Positions 26,564 to 40,718 are shown, numbered from the whole stretch's first letter. The stretch: 63,992 nt of DNA, filler included, from Collodictyon triciliatum (GCA_043381765.1; 15 parts of 15 records of this genome joined end to end with filler, not necessarily neighbours in it), one strand, 5' to 3'. Program-made: numbers and translations. The notes: generated by a model not told the origin, from the letters alone.

Positions 26564-29500
26564 GACATTTCTGATTTGGATGTTTCCACCTTGCAGCTTT
26601 CTTGGGCCGATAATCTGGATTGTCTTTGCATCTTGGATTCTGTTGGTGTCAATCATGTTCATCGCGTCACTTAATCTGTTGAATACTGCGATGACTTGGT
26701 CTGGATTTTCTTTCTTGACGAGGTATTTTCCTTGGGTGTAGGTCACTTCTGCTTTTTGCAGACTGTGTGTTTGGTTTCCTGAGGCTACATCCCAAATACG
26801 TATTGTATTATCATTGCTTCCAGAAGCCAGCCACTTTTCACCATTCGGTCCTTGAACACTGCAAACACTAAAGACATCATTTGTATGACCTTCTAATACT
26901 TTGATTTGGTTTCCTGTGGCTACATCCCAAATAATTATTGTTCTATCCCTACTTCCAGAAGCCAGCCAATTTTCATCATTCGGTCCTTGAACACTGCAAA
27001 CACTCACGACAGCACTTGTATGTCCTAGAGTTTTGATTTGGCTTCCTTTGGCTATATCCCAAATACGTATTGTATTATCCATACTTCCAGAAGCCAGCCA
27101 GTTTTGACCATTCGGTCCTTGGATACTGCAAACACTCATGACAGCATTTGTATGACCTTCTAATTCTTTGATTTGGTTTCCTGTGGCTACATCCCAAATA
27201 ATTATTGTTCTATCACCACTTCCAGAAGCCAGCCATTTTTCACCATTCGGTCCTTGAATGCTGCAAACACTCATGACAGCACTTGTGTGTCCATATAATA
27301 TTTTTATTTGGTTTCCTGTGGCTATATCCCAAATACGTATTGTTTTATCATCACTTCCAGAAGCCAGCCAACTTTCAACATTCGGTCCTTGAATACTGCA
27401 AACACTATTGACAGTATGTGTATGTCCTTCCAATTTTTTGATTTGGTTTCCTGTGGTTACATCCCAAATACGTATTGTTTCATCACGACTTCCAGAAGCC
27501 AGCCAATTTTCACCATTCGGTCCTTGAATACTGCAAACACTCATGACAGAACTTGTATGACCTTTTAATTCTTTGATTTGGTTTCCTGTGGCTACATCCC
27601 AAATGCGTATTGTGTTATCTTTACTTCCAGAAGCCAGCCAACTTTCAACATTCGGTCCTTGAATACTGCAAACACTATTGACAGTATGTGTATGTCCTTC
27701 TAATGTTTTGATTTGGTTTCCTGTCGCTACATCCCAAATACGTATTGGTTCATCAGCACTTCCAGAAGCCAACCACTTTTCACCATTCGGTCCTTGAATA
27801 GTGCAAACACTCATGACACCTTCTGTATGTCCTTCTAATGTTTTGATTTGGTTTCCTGTGGTTACATCCCAAATACGTATTGTATTATCACTACTCCCTG
27901 AAGCCAGCCAATTTTCACCTTTCGGTCCTTGAATACTGCAAACACTATTGACAGTATGTGTATGACCTTCCAATTTTTTGATTTGGTTTCCTGTGGCCAT
28001 ATCCCAAATACGTACTGTGTTATCATAACTCCCAGAAGCCAGCCACTTTTCACCATTCGGTCCTTGAATGCTGCAAACACTAGTGACAGCATTTGTATGA
28101 CCTTCTAATTCTTTGATTTGGTTTCCTGTGGCTATATCCCAAATACGTATTGTTTTATCTTGACTTCCAGAAACCAGCCAATTTTCACCATTCGGTCCTT
28201 TAATACTGCAAACACTCATGACTTCTCCTATATGACCTTCTAATTTTTTGATTTGATTTCCTGTGACTGCATCCCAAATACGTATGGTGTTATCAATACT
28301 TCCAGAAGCCAGCCACTTTTCACCATTCGGTCCTTGAATACTGCAAACACTCGTGACAGTATCTGTATGTCCACGTAATGTTTTGATTTGGTTTCCTGTG
28401 GAAACATCCCAAATACATATTGTTTTATCAACACTTCCAGATGCCAGCCATATTTCACCATTCGGTCCTTGAATAGAGCAAACACTAAAGACCCAATTTG
28501 TATGACCTTCCAGTTTGTCATGAAGAATTGCTAATTTCACATTATTCATATGCGCATTATCAAAAACACAATCACCAAGCATCGAATTTGTGAAATCGAC
28601 ACCATCCAAGTTGGCACCAGCAAACATTGCACCATCAACGATTGAGTTACTGAGATTTGCATGCGGAATTTTGATGTTTGATAAATCCATCCCACCGAAT
28701 GAAATATTCATGAAATTCAAAAGTGTGATTGCATCAGATGCAGCCTTTGATTTGCCTTCATCAGTTTTTGACATGTAGACAATTCTGAATAACGATGCGA
28801 TGATTTGCTCACGATTCCATTTCTCATCCAGTTTTGCATCATCAACAGTTTCACTGATAAATTCCTTGACTCTCGTAAACTCGACAGGCTCTTTGTTGAC
28901 TCCGGTTTCCTTCGAATGGACGGACAAGTATTCGCACGAGTTTAATGTTCTGGGGTGAATCCATCCGAGTTTATCTGCAAATATATCTCTCATCTCAGCC
29001 CAGAATGCCACTGCCTTGTTATGCTGCTTGTTCTCTTTGCAGTGTTGGTGTGCATTCTCACAAGCCACCCAGCAGTCCCAATTTTCGTAGGAGAGCTTTT
29101 CACCATGTCTGACAGCAGCTGTTTTGTAAAGCTGAATGACGGCTTCATGCTCTTTCTTGTCTACCATAAGTTCCGCAATCCTTGTACATTGCGGACCATC
29201 TTTCAGTGACATGATTGTGCTTGTCTCCTTTCTGATAGCATCTGCCTTCTGGAAGTACTCAACAACTTGGTCCAATCTAAATACATGTATATTAGTTATT
29301 ATTCAATATATTTTTTCATAGCTATTAATAAAATATTCGATTTTTTAACAAATAGAGAAATTAACCTTTTAAGCTCAAAGTTTGTTCGGCCAACATTCTC
29401 CAGGGAAGTCGCATAATATACATGTTTTTCGCCTAGTGTTCTCATGCGAATATCCAGCGTCTTTGTATACGCCTCCAGAGCACCCTTGAGGCTAGGATAA

Positions 29501-30887
29501 TGTGAGTAAATAAATTATTCTTTTCAATTAAATATGTAATAATAATTAATAAAGAGATACTCCTTCAAATCATGGCTGATGTCTCCAATCATCTCATAGC
29601 AGGCCACGACGTTCGGATGATTTTCACCCAGGGCAGACATGAAAATATCCAGCGATTGCTTTAATGAGGATAAGGCTTTAATTTTCCTATAAAAGATAAT
29701 AGTTTTGATATTTATATAATTGATTATATTATGCATAAAATTAACCCCAAATAGGATGTAAATGAAAGATATGAAGCCAAACTCATTTTGCTAAAATTGA
29801 AAGAAATAGATAATTATTATTGTTTTATGAAAATATCTGTAATTTAAAAATCCAAACTTTCCATTGGCAAGATGAACGTTCGCAATAAACTGGATTGTCG
29901 AGGCAACAGATGCATGCTTAGCTCCCAGCGATTTTTCAAGGATTGATTTTGCCTTCTCGAAGTTTTCAATAGATTCTTCATACCTTGATGATTCAATCAT
30001 ATTAATATATCTCAAATTATAAGTGTATTTAAAACTGTCTTTAATGAATGAATGTGCTACTTTTTCCCAGCCAGGGAGACATGGCCGTAGTTCTGGTACG
30101 ATGTTGCGACAAGAGGATGCTCGTTTCCGACTTTCTTTTGGCGAATTTCCATGGCTTTTTCATATTCAACCAGAGCCTGCACATTCCTATCATAAAAAAT
30201 TGATCAGTATAAATATATTTTTACAAAATAAAAGGGTAGAATATTAACGTCTATAAATGATCAATTATTACTTTGACTGCTTCACATAGATGTCTCCGAA
30301 GCAGTCATACGACTGGGCCACTTGCAAGTCGTTCTCGCCCAGTTGTTTGATTCTCAACTCCAGGGACATCTTGTATTCATCAAGAGCTTCATCAATTCTG
30401 TTTAATAAGCAAATCAGAATAATTCCTTTTTGAAACATTATTTTATAATTTATTTTACAGTTGAAACCGAGCCTTACTTGTCTTGTTGCTGATAGATGAT
30501 TCCCATTTCTTCGTGAATGGTGGCGATACGCAGGGAATCATCTGTATTTTTCTCAACTGAATCGAGGCATCTCTTGTAGTAGACCATGGACTCAGCCCAG
30601 CTTTTTAATTTTTATTTTAGAAAAGTTGGCATTATAAACATCATTTCATGTATTAATTTTAATCATTAATGTTTTTTTGTTTTACTTTTGAAGGTTCTTG
30701 TAGACACGACCAAGATTCAGGTAATCAGCAGCCTTCGCATCTGTAAATTGATAAATTATTGAACGTATCCATATATAACTCATATTCATGACATAAATTC
30801 ATCAAAAAGACAATAAATTGCATACCTTCTGTCTGATGCTTTCCAAGACGCACATTCAGAACAGACAACAAGAACGAGTTCTCAAAA
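26564..30887 (-). CDS. TPR - pentapeptide - 13x WD40 protein (NWD/NLR-type sensor tail), truncated at both ends
   Basis: TPR exons 30887-30826, 30741-30686, 30600-30478, 30397-30272, 30186-30061, 29983-29858, 29686-29561 and 29491-29366 splice in frame (AAA AG|A TTG GAC, intron 29365-29277) into a 2.7-kb exon. That exon encodes SKAASDAITLL, pentapeptide repeats and 13 WD40 repeats of 45 aa. Confidence 0.85.
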
Positions 30888-31286
30888 NNNNNNNNNNNNN
30901 NNNNNNNNNNNNNNNNNNNNNNNNNNNNNNNTTAATTAATTAANNNNNNNNNNNNNNNNNNNNNNNNNNNNNNNNNNNNNNNNNNNNATGCAAGATAAAA
31001 TGCAAGATAAAATGCAAGATAAAATGCAAGATAAAATGCAAGATAAAATGCAAGATAAAATGCAAGATAAAATGCAAGATAAAATGCTAGATAAAATGCT
31101 AGATAAAATGCAAGATAAAATGCAAGATAAAAAAGCATTGGAAATCTCTTGAAAAATCAACATCTAAAACTCAATATGATCCTTGTGTGTATCATCAAGG
31201 CAATGTTTATTCTCCATGGTTTAGTCAACCCTAGATATGTGACATCATAGCAAAATCCTTACAAACATCTTACTCGAAACAAAAAG

Positions 31287-34177
31287 ATTGACAAGAAGCG
31301 CATCCGTGAACATGAACTTGCCTCCCGAATCAGAGCTGAAGTCTCTCTCCACTCGCAACTGCAGCACCACAACATCGTGAAACTCTATTCTTTCTTTGAA
31401 GATGCTGATGCAGTTTATCTTGTCCTGGAATTCTGCCCCAACGGAAGTCTGCATCGCTTTCTAAAAACACATGGATCTATTCCCCTCCCGCGCTGTCGCG
31501 AGTGGATTATCCAACTTGTCCATGGTATCCGTCATCTCCATCAAAACTCTATTCTACACCGGGATTTGAAACTCTCCAATCTATTGCTGGACCAAGATTA
31601 CTCATTGGTTCGTATCGTTATCTACCATTCTCTCACATCTTACTTCGATTCTATTTTTTTTGTTTATTGGCAATTACTCCTCACTCACTTGATTAGTTAC
31701 TAATCTTAAGAAAGAGCACCGACTACACTGTTAATAAATAATTATAAGCTTATTTTTTTTGGAGAGATACATTTGATGAATATGCGTCTACCTTTACAGA
31801 AAATCGCTGATTTCGGAATGGCCGCTGTGTGGGACCAAGGCGAAGAAAGGACCACAATTTGTGGAACCCCAAACTTCATCGCACCGTAAGAAAGTCATAG
31901 TAGAATGATTTACTATAGAGGGGTTTTTGTGTCCCAGTTATATTTTACTCATGGCCATATTGAAACCACTTATGCCCAAATCAACTGCAAAGATCAAATG
32001 TTGGACTCCAAATGTCAAATATCACAACATAACCTTGATTTCAATTCATGCGATAATATCTCAAAATGTATCTTCCGATTATTTGGATAGAATCTCAATA
32101 TCAATAACACCACACAGAGAAATAATCCAGAGGCAAAACCAAGGGCCACCTGTCGATATTTGGTCATTGGGTGTGGTGATATACACGATGATTGTTGGGA
32201 GTCCTCCGTTTGAGGTAAATCTACCTCACTGCATTTGAAAATAAAATCTTTTATTTTAGATTTTTCTTTTGTGTGTCATTCTATTTTATCTTTACAACTT
32301 TCCATCAACGAATGCCAGCAACATTATCTGTGCATTTGAAACAAAACCATTGTGATGTTTGGAGACGAATGATGACATTGTCTACTCTACACAGTCCGAA
32401 AATATCGCAGATACCTTTGCCAAAGTAACCCAACTGCAGTACTCCATCCCACACAATGTTCCTGGCGCTGCGCGTGATTTGATAACAAAATTATTGACCT
32501 CGGTTAGTATCCACTTGAAATCCATAATCAATTTACCTATAAATGAGATGCAACAAAAAAAAAGCTGCATTATCGAGCATATCCAATCATCGTCCAAAAA
32601 AAGCAGGAAAAATGCAGCAATTTTATTCCTAGCTTCCTTTCATGAAACACAAGTATCTTACAATATAACTTTCTCCTCTACATCAATGTAGGACCCATCA
32701 GCCCGCCTCGGACTGGATGAGATTCTCAAACATCCGTTCTTGCTATCTGAAGAACCACGCCCCCAATCACCAATGTCACACCGTTCATCTGTTTCTTCTT
32801 TTTCGTCATCCAACGCAAGCTCGACTCTATCAGAGCAATCATCACTCATGCGTCGAACACCACAAAGCACTCGCGTTGGGACTCGTTCTCCTGTTGTGAA
32901 GCATCCACAAACACAACCCCGAATCATGTCCCTGACACAGCACCACAACGCCTCCGAAACATCCAGCACCTCAGCCAGTCGACCCTCCACCCCACGCATG
33001 CAAATATCTATCGATTCGGTCAACTACAATCATCATAGCCTCAGCTCGAATCCATTAACCACAACGTCCAGTTATCTATCAAACAAAGATGTGAGAAATG
33101 ACGAAAATGCACCCGAAAACCACGCTGTTCGTTTGATTGGTTCAGACTTACGCGCCCCGAAAACAGCATTCGATTCCGACCCCACGCAAACGCCGCTGTC
33201 TTTATCCATGAGCGGCTCAAGAAAAGCTCTTCGACCAGTTCTACGTTCAGATTCTCATTCGAGGACAGGACAAACAAAAACCCTCCCGAATGCCTGGAAG
33301 CCGAGCCCGCTTCCATCAACCCTTCGGCTGCAACCAATAGTTCATCGAAACAAGAATGGGTATATTTCAATCGGCTCAGATGGTCATGTGCGACTCGTAT
33401 TCGAGACACTGGCAAATGCAATTGTTGTCTCTGGTAATGGCCAGAAGATTTCCATAGGAAAGCATATCAGTGCAGACTCTTTTCAAGCTAAGGAGGAATA
33501 CTTTGTTGACGAACTTCCTGAAAAATACCACAAAAAGTACCTGTATATTGCAAACTTTGTTGATTTAGTCCGATCTAAAACACCCAAGGTGATTATTTCG
33601 ACCTTCATTAGCGAAGTCCTATTTTCGCCAAATCACGCATCGTTGCTGTACATAGTTATTTGTTATCCTGTATTAATTTGGCCCCAATTTTTTTTTTATG
33701 TTTACTTGGTATCGCACCGTTCTCGAGATAGCATTACTAATCACTTATTCGCCCTAATAATCCACCACCATTTAGGTCACGCTTTATGCTAACGAGTCTC
33801 GATTCATGATAATGGAAAACAACGATGTGGACTGCCGATTCAAATCTGGGCATCACTACTATATTCACGAGAAAGAATCACGTGTGAGTCTCAAATTCGA
33901 TGGCGAGTTGAAGTGGACACTATCCAAAGAGGATTATGAGTCGAATGCGGCGGTGGATTCGCATCATCGTAGCTTCATCGAGTCTGGCCGCAGAAAATCA
34001 CACAGCTTAATAGAGGCAGCAGAGGACTTTTTGCCGATTGTCTGTGGATTGCCAGCGAGTGATGAAACTTTTGCAACGCAGGCAAGTATGATTGTGATGA
34101 ACACGACAGCAACAGATATGCTCGCCAGGACGTCGTTTTCCAGTGACGTGACCATGCACTCATTTCGAAAATTGTGA
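31287..34177 (+). CDS. PLK4: Polo-like kinase 4 (SAK), 5' truncated; 3' end uncertain
   Basis: Kinase exons YLVLEFCPNGSL, HRDLKLSNLLL, KIADFGMA, CGTPNFIAP and DIWSLGV. Cryptic polo-box PSTLRLQPI...LPEKYHKKYLYIANFVDLVRSKTPK|VTLY..FMIMEN. Confidence 0.9.
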
Positions 34178-34566
34178 ATATGCGGAAGGGATGACAACCA
34201 TGCTCCAACCATTTCCAGCAATCCCGACAGTCAAGTGTGATACAGAGTGGATATATCAACCTGTTTCTGTCATACGTGGGCTGAGTGTACACCTCTTAAT
34301 TATTTTCCACTCGAGCAATGTATTACTATAATGTAGCCTCCCCTCATGTTTCATAAAACATTTCATTCTTTGAGTCGCAACCACGGTTTGCTCACCGGTA
34401 TTTCTCTGAACAAAAAACGGAAAAATAAAATAAAATATAGAACAACATAATTGCAATGCTTTCCAGTATCTTCATGTCATTGTTTTCTTTAACCTGGTTT
34501 GCTCTTCACAAAGCAGTTTTGTTGGCAAAGCTGAAAGAATTCTTCCATTTGACGCAAGCATGAGTT

Positions 34567-34828
34567 TTATGATTTTCGATTCTGGGTTTGCTGTCTGAGT
34601 CGCACATAGGCTTCCAAGGCCTCAACGGGGTCCGAAAATCCTGACACTGCGAAGAAAGAAAGATTGATGATGAATAGATTGTATGTAGATTACCAGCAGA
34701 GCGAAAATCACAAGTTCTCCCTTCATATACTCACGATGGCCATACATCAACCCGCCATCATACCTCTTTTCTGCGTCAGAAACTCAGACAGGAGGCCGTG
34801 CAGGTGGCCTAGCTGTGCGGTCTGTTCC
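34567..34828 (-). CDS. 3'-terminal exons of an unidentified gene converging on PLK4
   Basis: Three small exons with GT-AG introns give EQTAQLGHLHGLLSEFLTQKRGRTCDFRSAVSGFSDPVEALEAYVRLRQQTQNRKS*. Confidence 0.4.
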
Positions 34829-35663
34829 TAGAATAAAGAAAAATAAATAAATAAATAAATAAATAAAAAACATACCATCGAAAAAGATGAATTTAACATA
34901 TTAATCAGTATTCGCTATCTTTTGTGGAAGAGTTAAGGACACACCAAAATACTCGCATGAAGAAAAGAACATATACTGTTTCTAGTAAACTCACCAAAAT
35001 ATCCAATGAAAGAAGAAAGAAGAAAGAAAGAAGAAAGAAGAAAGAAAGAAGAAAAAAAGAAGAAAAAAAGAAGAAAGAAAGAAGAAAGAAAGAAGAAAGA
35101 AAGAAGAAAGAAAGAAGAAAGAAAGAAGAAAGAAAGAAGAAAGAAGAAAGAAAGAAGAAAGAAAGAAGAAAGAAAGAAGAAAGAAAGAAGAAAGAAAGAA
35201 GAAAGAAGAAAGAAAGAAGAAAGAAGAAAGAAGAAAGAAGAAAGAAGAAAGAAGAAAGAAGAAAGAAGAAAAGAAAAAAGAAGAAAGAAAGAAGAAAGAA
35301 GAAAGAAGAANNNNNNNNNNNNNNNNNNNNNNNNNNNNNNNNNNNNNNNNNNNNTTAATTAATTAANNNNNNNNNNNNNNNNNNNNNNNNNNNNNNNNNN
35401 NNNNNNNNNNCATATGTTCGGACTAGAGGAAAACAATATTATTATTAAATTAAAAAACAACTGAAAAGGCATATACCACATATAATTCAAACATGTCTAT
35501 CACATAGGTAATCTATAATACGAATGGCTTTCTGGAGCGGGTATGTACTCGTGTTAATGACACTTTCTCGCTTGGTCCTAGTAAATCGGCGTGCCCCTAT
35601 ATAAGTCTCGCAAATCTCCCCTAATTTTAGTAGGATATTCAAATCAGATACACCATCACTACA

Positions 35664-38600
35664 GAATCGTGACATTCTCGTGGTTGACTTGAAGAGATGT
35701 ATGTGGTCAAGCCAAAGTGAACTTGTTCATGGCCTTTTTCCAGAATCCGAGTTTGACGAAAAGAGACGACCACTGACAACAGGATTCCAATTTAAGGTCT
35801 TTTTACTTCCTTTTCAACATCTTCATTTTGTCCCTTTTCCATTCTGATTTTTTTTTTTTTATGATTTTCATACTGAAAATGATTGCTTCCTCGTTTCAGG
35901 GCTCTCTGAACGAGCTGCTTCTGTCCCTTCGCAAAACAGAACCTCACTATGTTCGATGTATCAAACCAAACAGCTCTAAAATAAAAGGGCTTTTTGAGGA
36001 TTCTATAGTCTCCCATCAAATTCGCTATCTTGGGTTGTTCCTTTATTAAAATCGAAATTAGTTCCACCTCATTTCTCAAGATAGTAGAAAATGTAAATGG
36101 ATGGAAAGAAGTACTTGAATTTTTTTATTTTTTATTTTTTATTTTTTATTTTTTATTCATCGTCTACTTCAACTATAGGCTGACGGAAAATATTCGAATT
36201 CGTCAAGCCGGATACGCATTTCGACAAACATTCGGCCGCTTCATACACAGGTTTTTAATTTCAAAAACAAAACAAAAACTGTATTTGCACTTTTCTTCTG
36301 CAAGATGCAAAGTTCATAAATCAATCAATAAAAGAAATGAAAAGTCTCATCGATCAGCCATGCAATCTATTTAAAATCCATCAATCAGGTTCCTGCACAA
36401 AAGTTGAAAGGAAGAATAAAAAAAAAATCCATCAATCAGGTCCAAAGAATATAATAGAATGCATATTAATATCCTACTTACATTAAGGTATAAATCAACC
36501 TGCCCAACCACATGGCCGAATTGGAGCGGAGATGACAAGTCTGCAATAGATGAAATTCTGCGCCACTTCTCGACCCCCAAAGACCAATATTGTTTTGGGG
36601 TAACAAAGGTGTTCATAAAATCACCGACTCAGGTAACGCGCGGTAATTAATTGCCAAATTGCTCTATCTTTCCTGATACATATACATGTTTAGATTGTCC
36701 AGCTCGAGCAGGAAAGAGAGAAGGCCTTACACAAAATGCAGATAATAATGGGGAGAAATTACAAAGGGTTTAAGGTCTCACTCCCTATTAATTCATTATC
36801 GTTTTAAAACTTCAATTCAGCAATGGAAGTTTCAATTGAATAAATCAAATGTCATGACCACTTTCATATATTATGGCGACCAACAGGCAAGGGTGCTGCG
36901 CAAAAAACTATTTGCTGTTAGAAAACTACTGGCTTTATACAGAGGCTATAAAGTTTTATTTTATTTTATTTTATATTACATTATTTTATTATTTTAATCA
37001 AACATCGAAATATTTAACATCACTGGCGGATAGAACAAAATCTAGAATATGATGCATCCTGCCAAAAAGCCTTATAAAACATCCTGTTCCCCCAATATTA
37101 GGCTCGGGTCCTTTACAAGAGAACTAGGGTGGCTATTTTGATCCAAAGAATTATTCGAGGGTGGTTGGTAAGTTTCCCAGTATTCTCTCCTTTAAAATCT
37201 CATTCCACTCACCCCTTTTCTTCTTTTTTTCGAGGGTCTTCTTGGCAAAAATGAGTGTTTTAATAGTATCAAAAATATAGTGTCGCAAAGTATATGAAAG
37301 TCGAAAAGCGTCCACAAAGATTCAGCGCACTTTCAGGAAATATCAGGTAATCATCATTTTTTTTCGGTGCATTCTTCCTCTTGATTTGTTCGTGATTGAA
37401 AGCAATAATACTAAATCGTTAATAAATTAATACCGGTTCTTTCAGAATAAAATTTTCTGTTTTTTCTCCCTTTTAAAAAATCACGGCCTCTTCCTGACGG
37501 AACAATTCTTTGTTATAGCATCGAAAATACATCGATCGCCTGAAGTATCTTTTTTCTGGAAAGCTTTCGTACGAAAATCGCTTCGGTCGCTCTATACTTT
37601 GGCCTAAACCGCATGCATCATTTCGTGTCGCTAATCAATTTTTGGAAAACATGTACATGAAGTACTGGGTATGCAGACACACATTTAATATAAATATATT
37701 CCCTTCTACAAAATCTTCAATGAGCTTCCGTTCCTTAATGATTTCAAATGCAAAACACAAGAGTGCATCGATTTAATCCCCATTTCACTATTTATTTCAT
37801 GTAGTCCAGGAAAATGAGTAATGTTTTTAGAAAAGAAGAGCGAACAGCTGTTATGGTGAAAGTCATCACATATGATATATTCCATCAAAAGAAGCACTGG
37901 ACGTAAGAGATCTCTCATGTTTTTCATCTGTTTCATGTCCACATATATAACAAATATTTCTCGTCCATATTATCAGTGTGTCAAATTATGGACCGACAGT
38001 CGATAACACACCTATGTAACAGTGTCGCTAGAAAACACATGGGAAATTACTTGCTTGCCCCTTCTTGTCCAAAGGCACAGGAATACACAGTAGTGTTTCA
38101 GAAGATACTTGATGCGACAGGTTTGAAGTCAATTAACAATCGGAAAATATCTGTAAAAAAAAAAATAATCTAAACCCCCTTCCTTCTCTTTAATCGAATA
38201 AAGGAAAAAAGACGATTGGAACAAGCCATGCATCCATTGTGAATCATTCTTTGTTATAAATTCATCTAGGGTCGTCCAAAATTGTCTTTGCCTCCATGGC
38301 TATAAAGTACAATCCACGGTGTGCATCAGAGACGCGGGCCATAGTTCTTTCCGACCAGGCTATATTCAAAGTAAATCCCACAAAATTCAAAGTACAAAAA
38401 GTTGGTGTTCTAATACGCGACCTTTGCTCGATATCGTAAGTTTACAATTCTGTAGAAATATTTGTCGGAATATTTTATGATTTTTTTTTTTGTATTATCT
38501 AAAAAAACGCAGTTGCTGGTATGTATATATCATACATGAACACCAATTCGAAGAATTATCTCATGTCAGTTTTGTGAATTTTGTACGATTAGAATGAGTC

Positions 38601-38900
38601 CATATGGAGACCAGTTCATCATTCTGCATTTCCAGCCACCAGAGCGAGACATGCTGCTTGACTTTGGCAATACAAAAGACACACAACCCGGGGTTTGAAT
38701 TCTCTTCAACCCGCCTCATGCTCTAATCACTTCTATGATGTGCATGAATATAATTGTATGTGATATTAACCTGGCACATTTGAATCATCTTTCCTCTCCA
38801 TATATATAAAGGAGGTGCTTTCAGAGTTTGTTACCGTTTTATGGCAGTTGAGTCGAGCTATCACAGGCCGTCCTCCAGTTGTCCAATTTTTAACAGAGTA
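35664..38900 (+). CDS. Class I myosin: motor C-terminus, IQ motifs and TH1 tail; 5' truncated
   Basis: KRRPLTTGFQFK, EPHYVRCIKPN, HQIRYLG|LTENIRIRQAGYAFRQ, RYKSTCPTTWPNW, FGVTKVFIKSP, IQRTFRKY, and TH1-like KYNPR..RAIVLSDQAIF and SPYGDQFIILH. The 3' end is approximate. Confidence 0.9.
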
Positions 38901-39832
38901 AGTATCTTTGACTGAATGCCTATGATGCAAGTTACCAAGCGCACCATATCTCGGCACAAATATTAGCCTGTGTATACTTATTTTTTTTTATTTTTTTTTT
39001 TTGTTTGATGACTCATTTGCCATGCAGAACGAAGTTCAATAACCGACGCCCTTCGTCTGACATGCTCCTGACATTTATGAAAGGCAATTCTAGTCAAGCG
39101 CAGTTTCAAAAAGGAAAGGACAAGCATGTTGTCTTTTGCCCATACCCATAAAATCGAATGTTTGAGCAAATACACTCTGGGGCTCACGAAACAAGGCTTG
39201 GGACTTGACCCACTCTCGAATCCTTCTCGTGGCTTGGCTGAATCTCTGTGGAAATGGCAACTGCATCACGTCTGCGAAGCAAAGTTCTTTCCCTCTCGTG
39301 CTATCCTTCTAAAAGGAAGCCGCTTCCATACAACGGAGCCTTCCTGAGCTACGGCCTTCAGAACATAAAATAAAAATTAATAATCACAACCAACGACCTC
39401 CGCATTGTCTTCGATTGACGGCCGTGATGCCTCACTTGTGTGGAAAAAAACGTGCTTCGGGTTCCGCGTTGGCCCGTTTGCAGATGCGTGCGCAACAGTG
39501 GCTGTCAATCTATATGCACTCCCAATTGAGTCAGTTTTGTGCGTAAAGCCAGAACGGTTTGACTGCAACATGTAATACTCTTAATATTCCAGATATGATG
39601 AAAAGAGCTTCGTTTTTTAATTGCTTGATCAAACTCGGAAAAATCGTCCGCCAAAATATAAAGTGGTATCAAAAAAACAAAAAACAAAAAACAAAAAAAC
39701 AAAAAACAAAAAACAAAAAACAAAAAGACCANNNNNNNNNNNNNNNNNNNNNNNNNNNNNNNNNNNNNNNNNNNNTTAATTAATTAANNNNNNNNNNNNN
39801 NNNNNNNNNNNNNNNNNNNNNNNNNNNNNNNA

Positions 39833-39932
<100 letters not shown>

Positions 39933-40646
39933 AGCCCATAGTCCCCATGACTGACTGAGAAGGTATTAAAACCAACTATTCGACTGGTGGTACCATAGCA
40001 ATATGGTTGTCTCAAACACACACAGCAGCTGCAGATCAGAGTATCAGGCCATGGTGCATATGGAAATGAACAGGACGGGAGGCAAAAAGGCGATGCGCGG
40101 AAGGATTTCGCTTTGTGATTGAGCTTCCCTCCAGATAGGTCGAAAAATCTTTGGTTTGGGTAGTGAATCTCATGTTCGATGCGGCCGTTTCCGAGGTGCT
40201 TGCAAGCAGGGGGATTGGCATTTGCATCTCAAGCTATATATATATTGGCGCACCTGCTTCATTCGAATTTCAAATGTGCGACCTGTTTTGGCATATTTTC
40301 CACAAAAATTGTTCCCAATGTAAAACTTTCGGCACTCCACCTAATCTGGATTAATTTTGCGATACAAATGGAATCCCTCAGCAAATTACCCAGCAGTGAC
40401 CCCCATAAGGAAGGCGTCTCATGCTTCATGCACAAATCTGGAGCGCGCGTTTCTTACGTCTCGTGTACAATCCAGATTCGCCTGTCCATATGTCTTACCA
40501 CGGTTGGGATTGGGGTTGTTTTATTTGGCACAACGACGAGACGCGGAGAGATTGATCCCAGAAGGGCTGCGTGATCGCACGGAAAGGCCGGCCGATCTGC
40601 TCCCCACTCGTGCCAGGCTGCTGCGGGTGGAAGAGTTCCCCTACTT

Positions 40647-40718
40647 CGACTCTGACTTTGATCCAACCATGGCCGCCTGCGAGAAAGCAGTTTGTGGCAC
40701 AGGTCTTCATGTGAGTCG
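40647..40718 (-). promoter_or_regulatory. Eukaryotic type II SECIS element
   Basis: The minus strand reads cgactc ac ATGA agacctgtgccac AAA ctgc-tttctc-gcag gcggccatggttg GA tcaaagtca gagtcg. It has the AUGA/GA core, a ~12-nt helix II, apical AAA with mini-helix, and helix I. It lies ~240 nt after the stop of a TGA-containing gene, with AATAAA near 40520. Confidence 0.88.

Noticed and set aside
34924-35362. K/E/R-rich and F/L-rich ORFs at contig ends (also 12831-13239, 17659-17998, 21855-22091, 53039-53302 and the internal repeat at 58883-59173)
   Set aside because: These are translations of microsatellites, mostly at assembly breaks.
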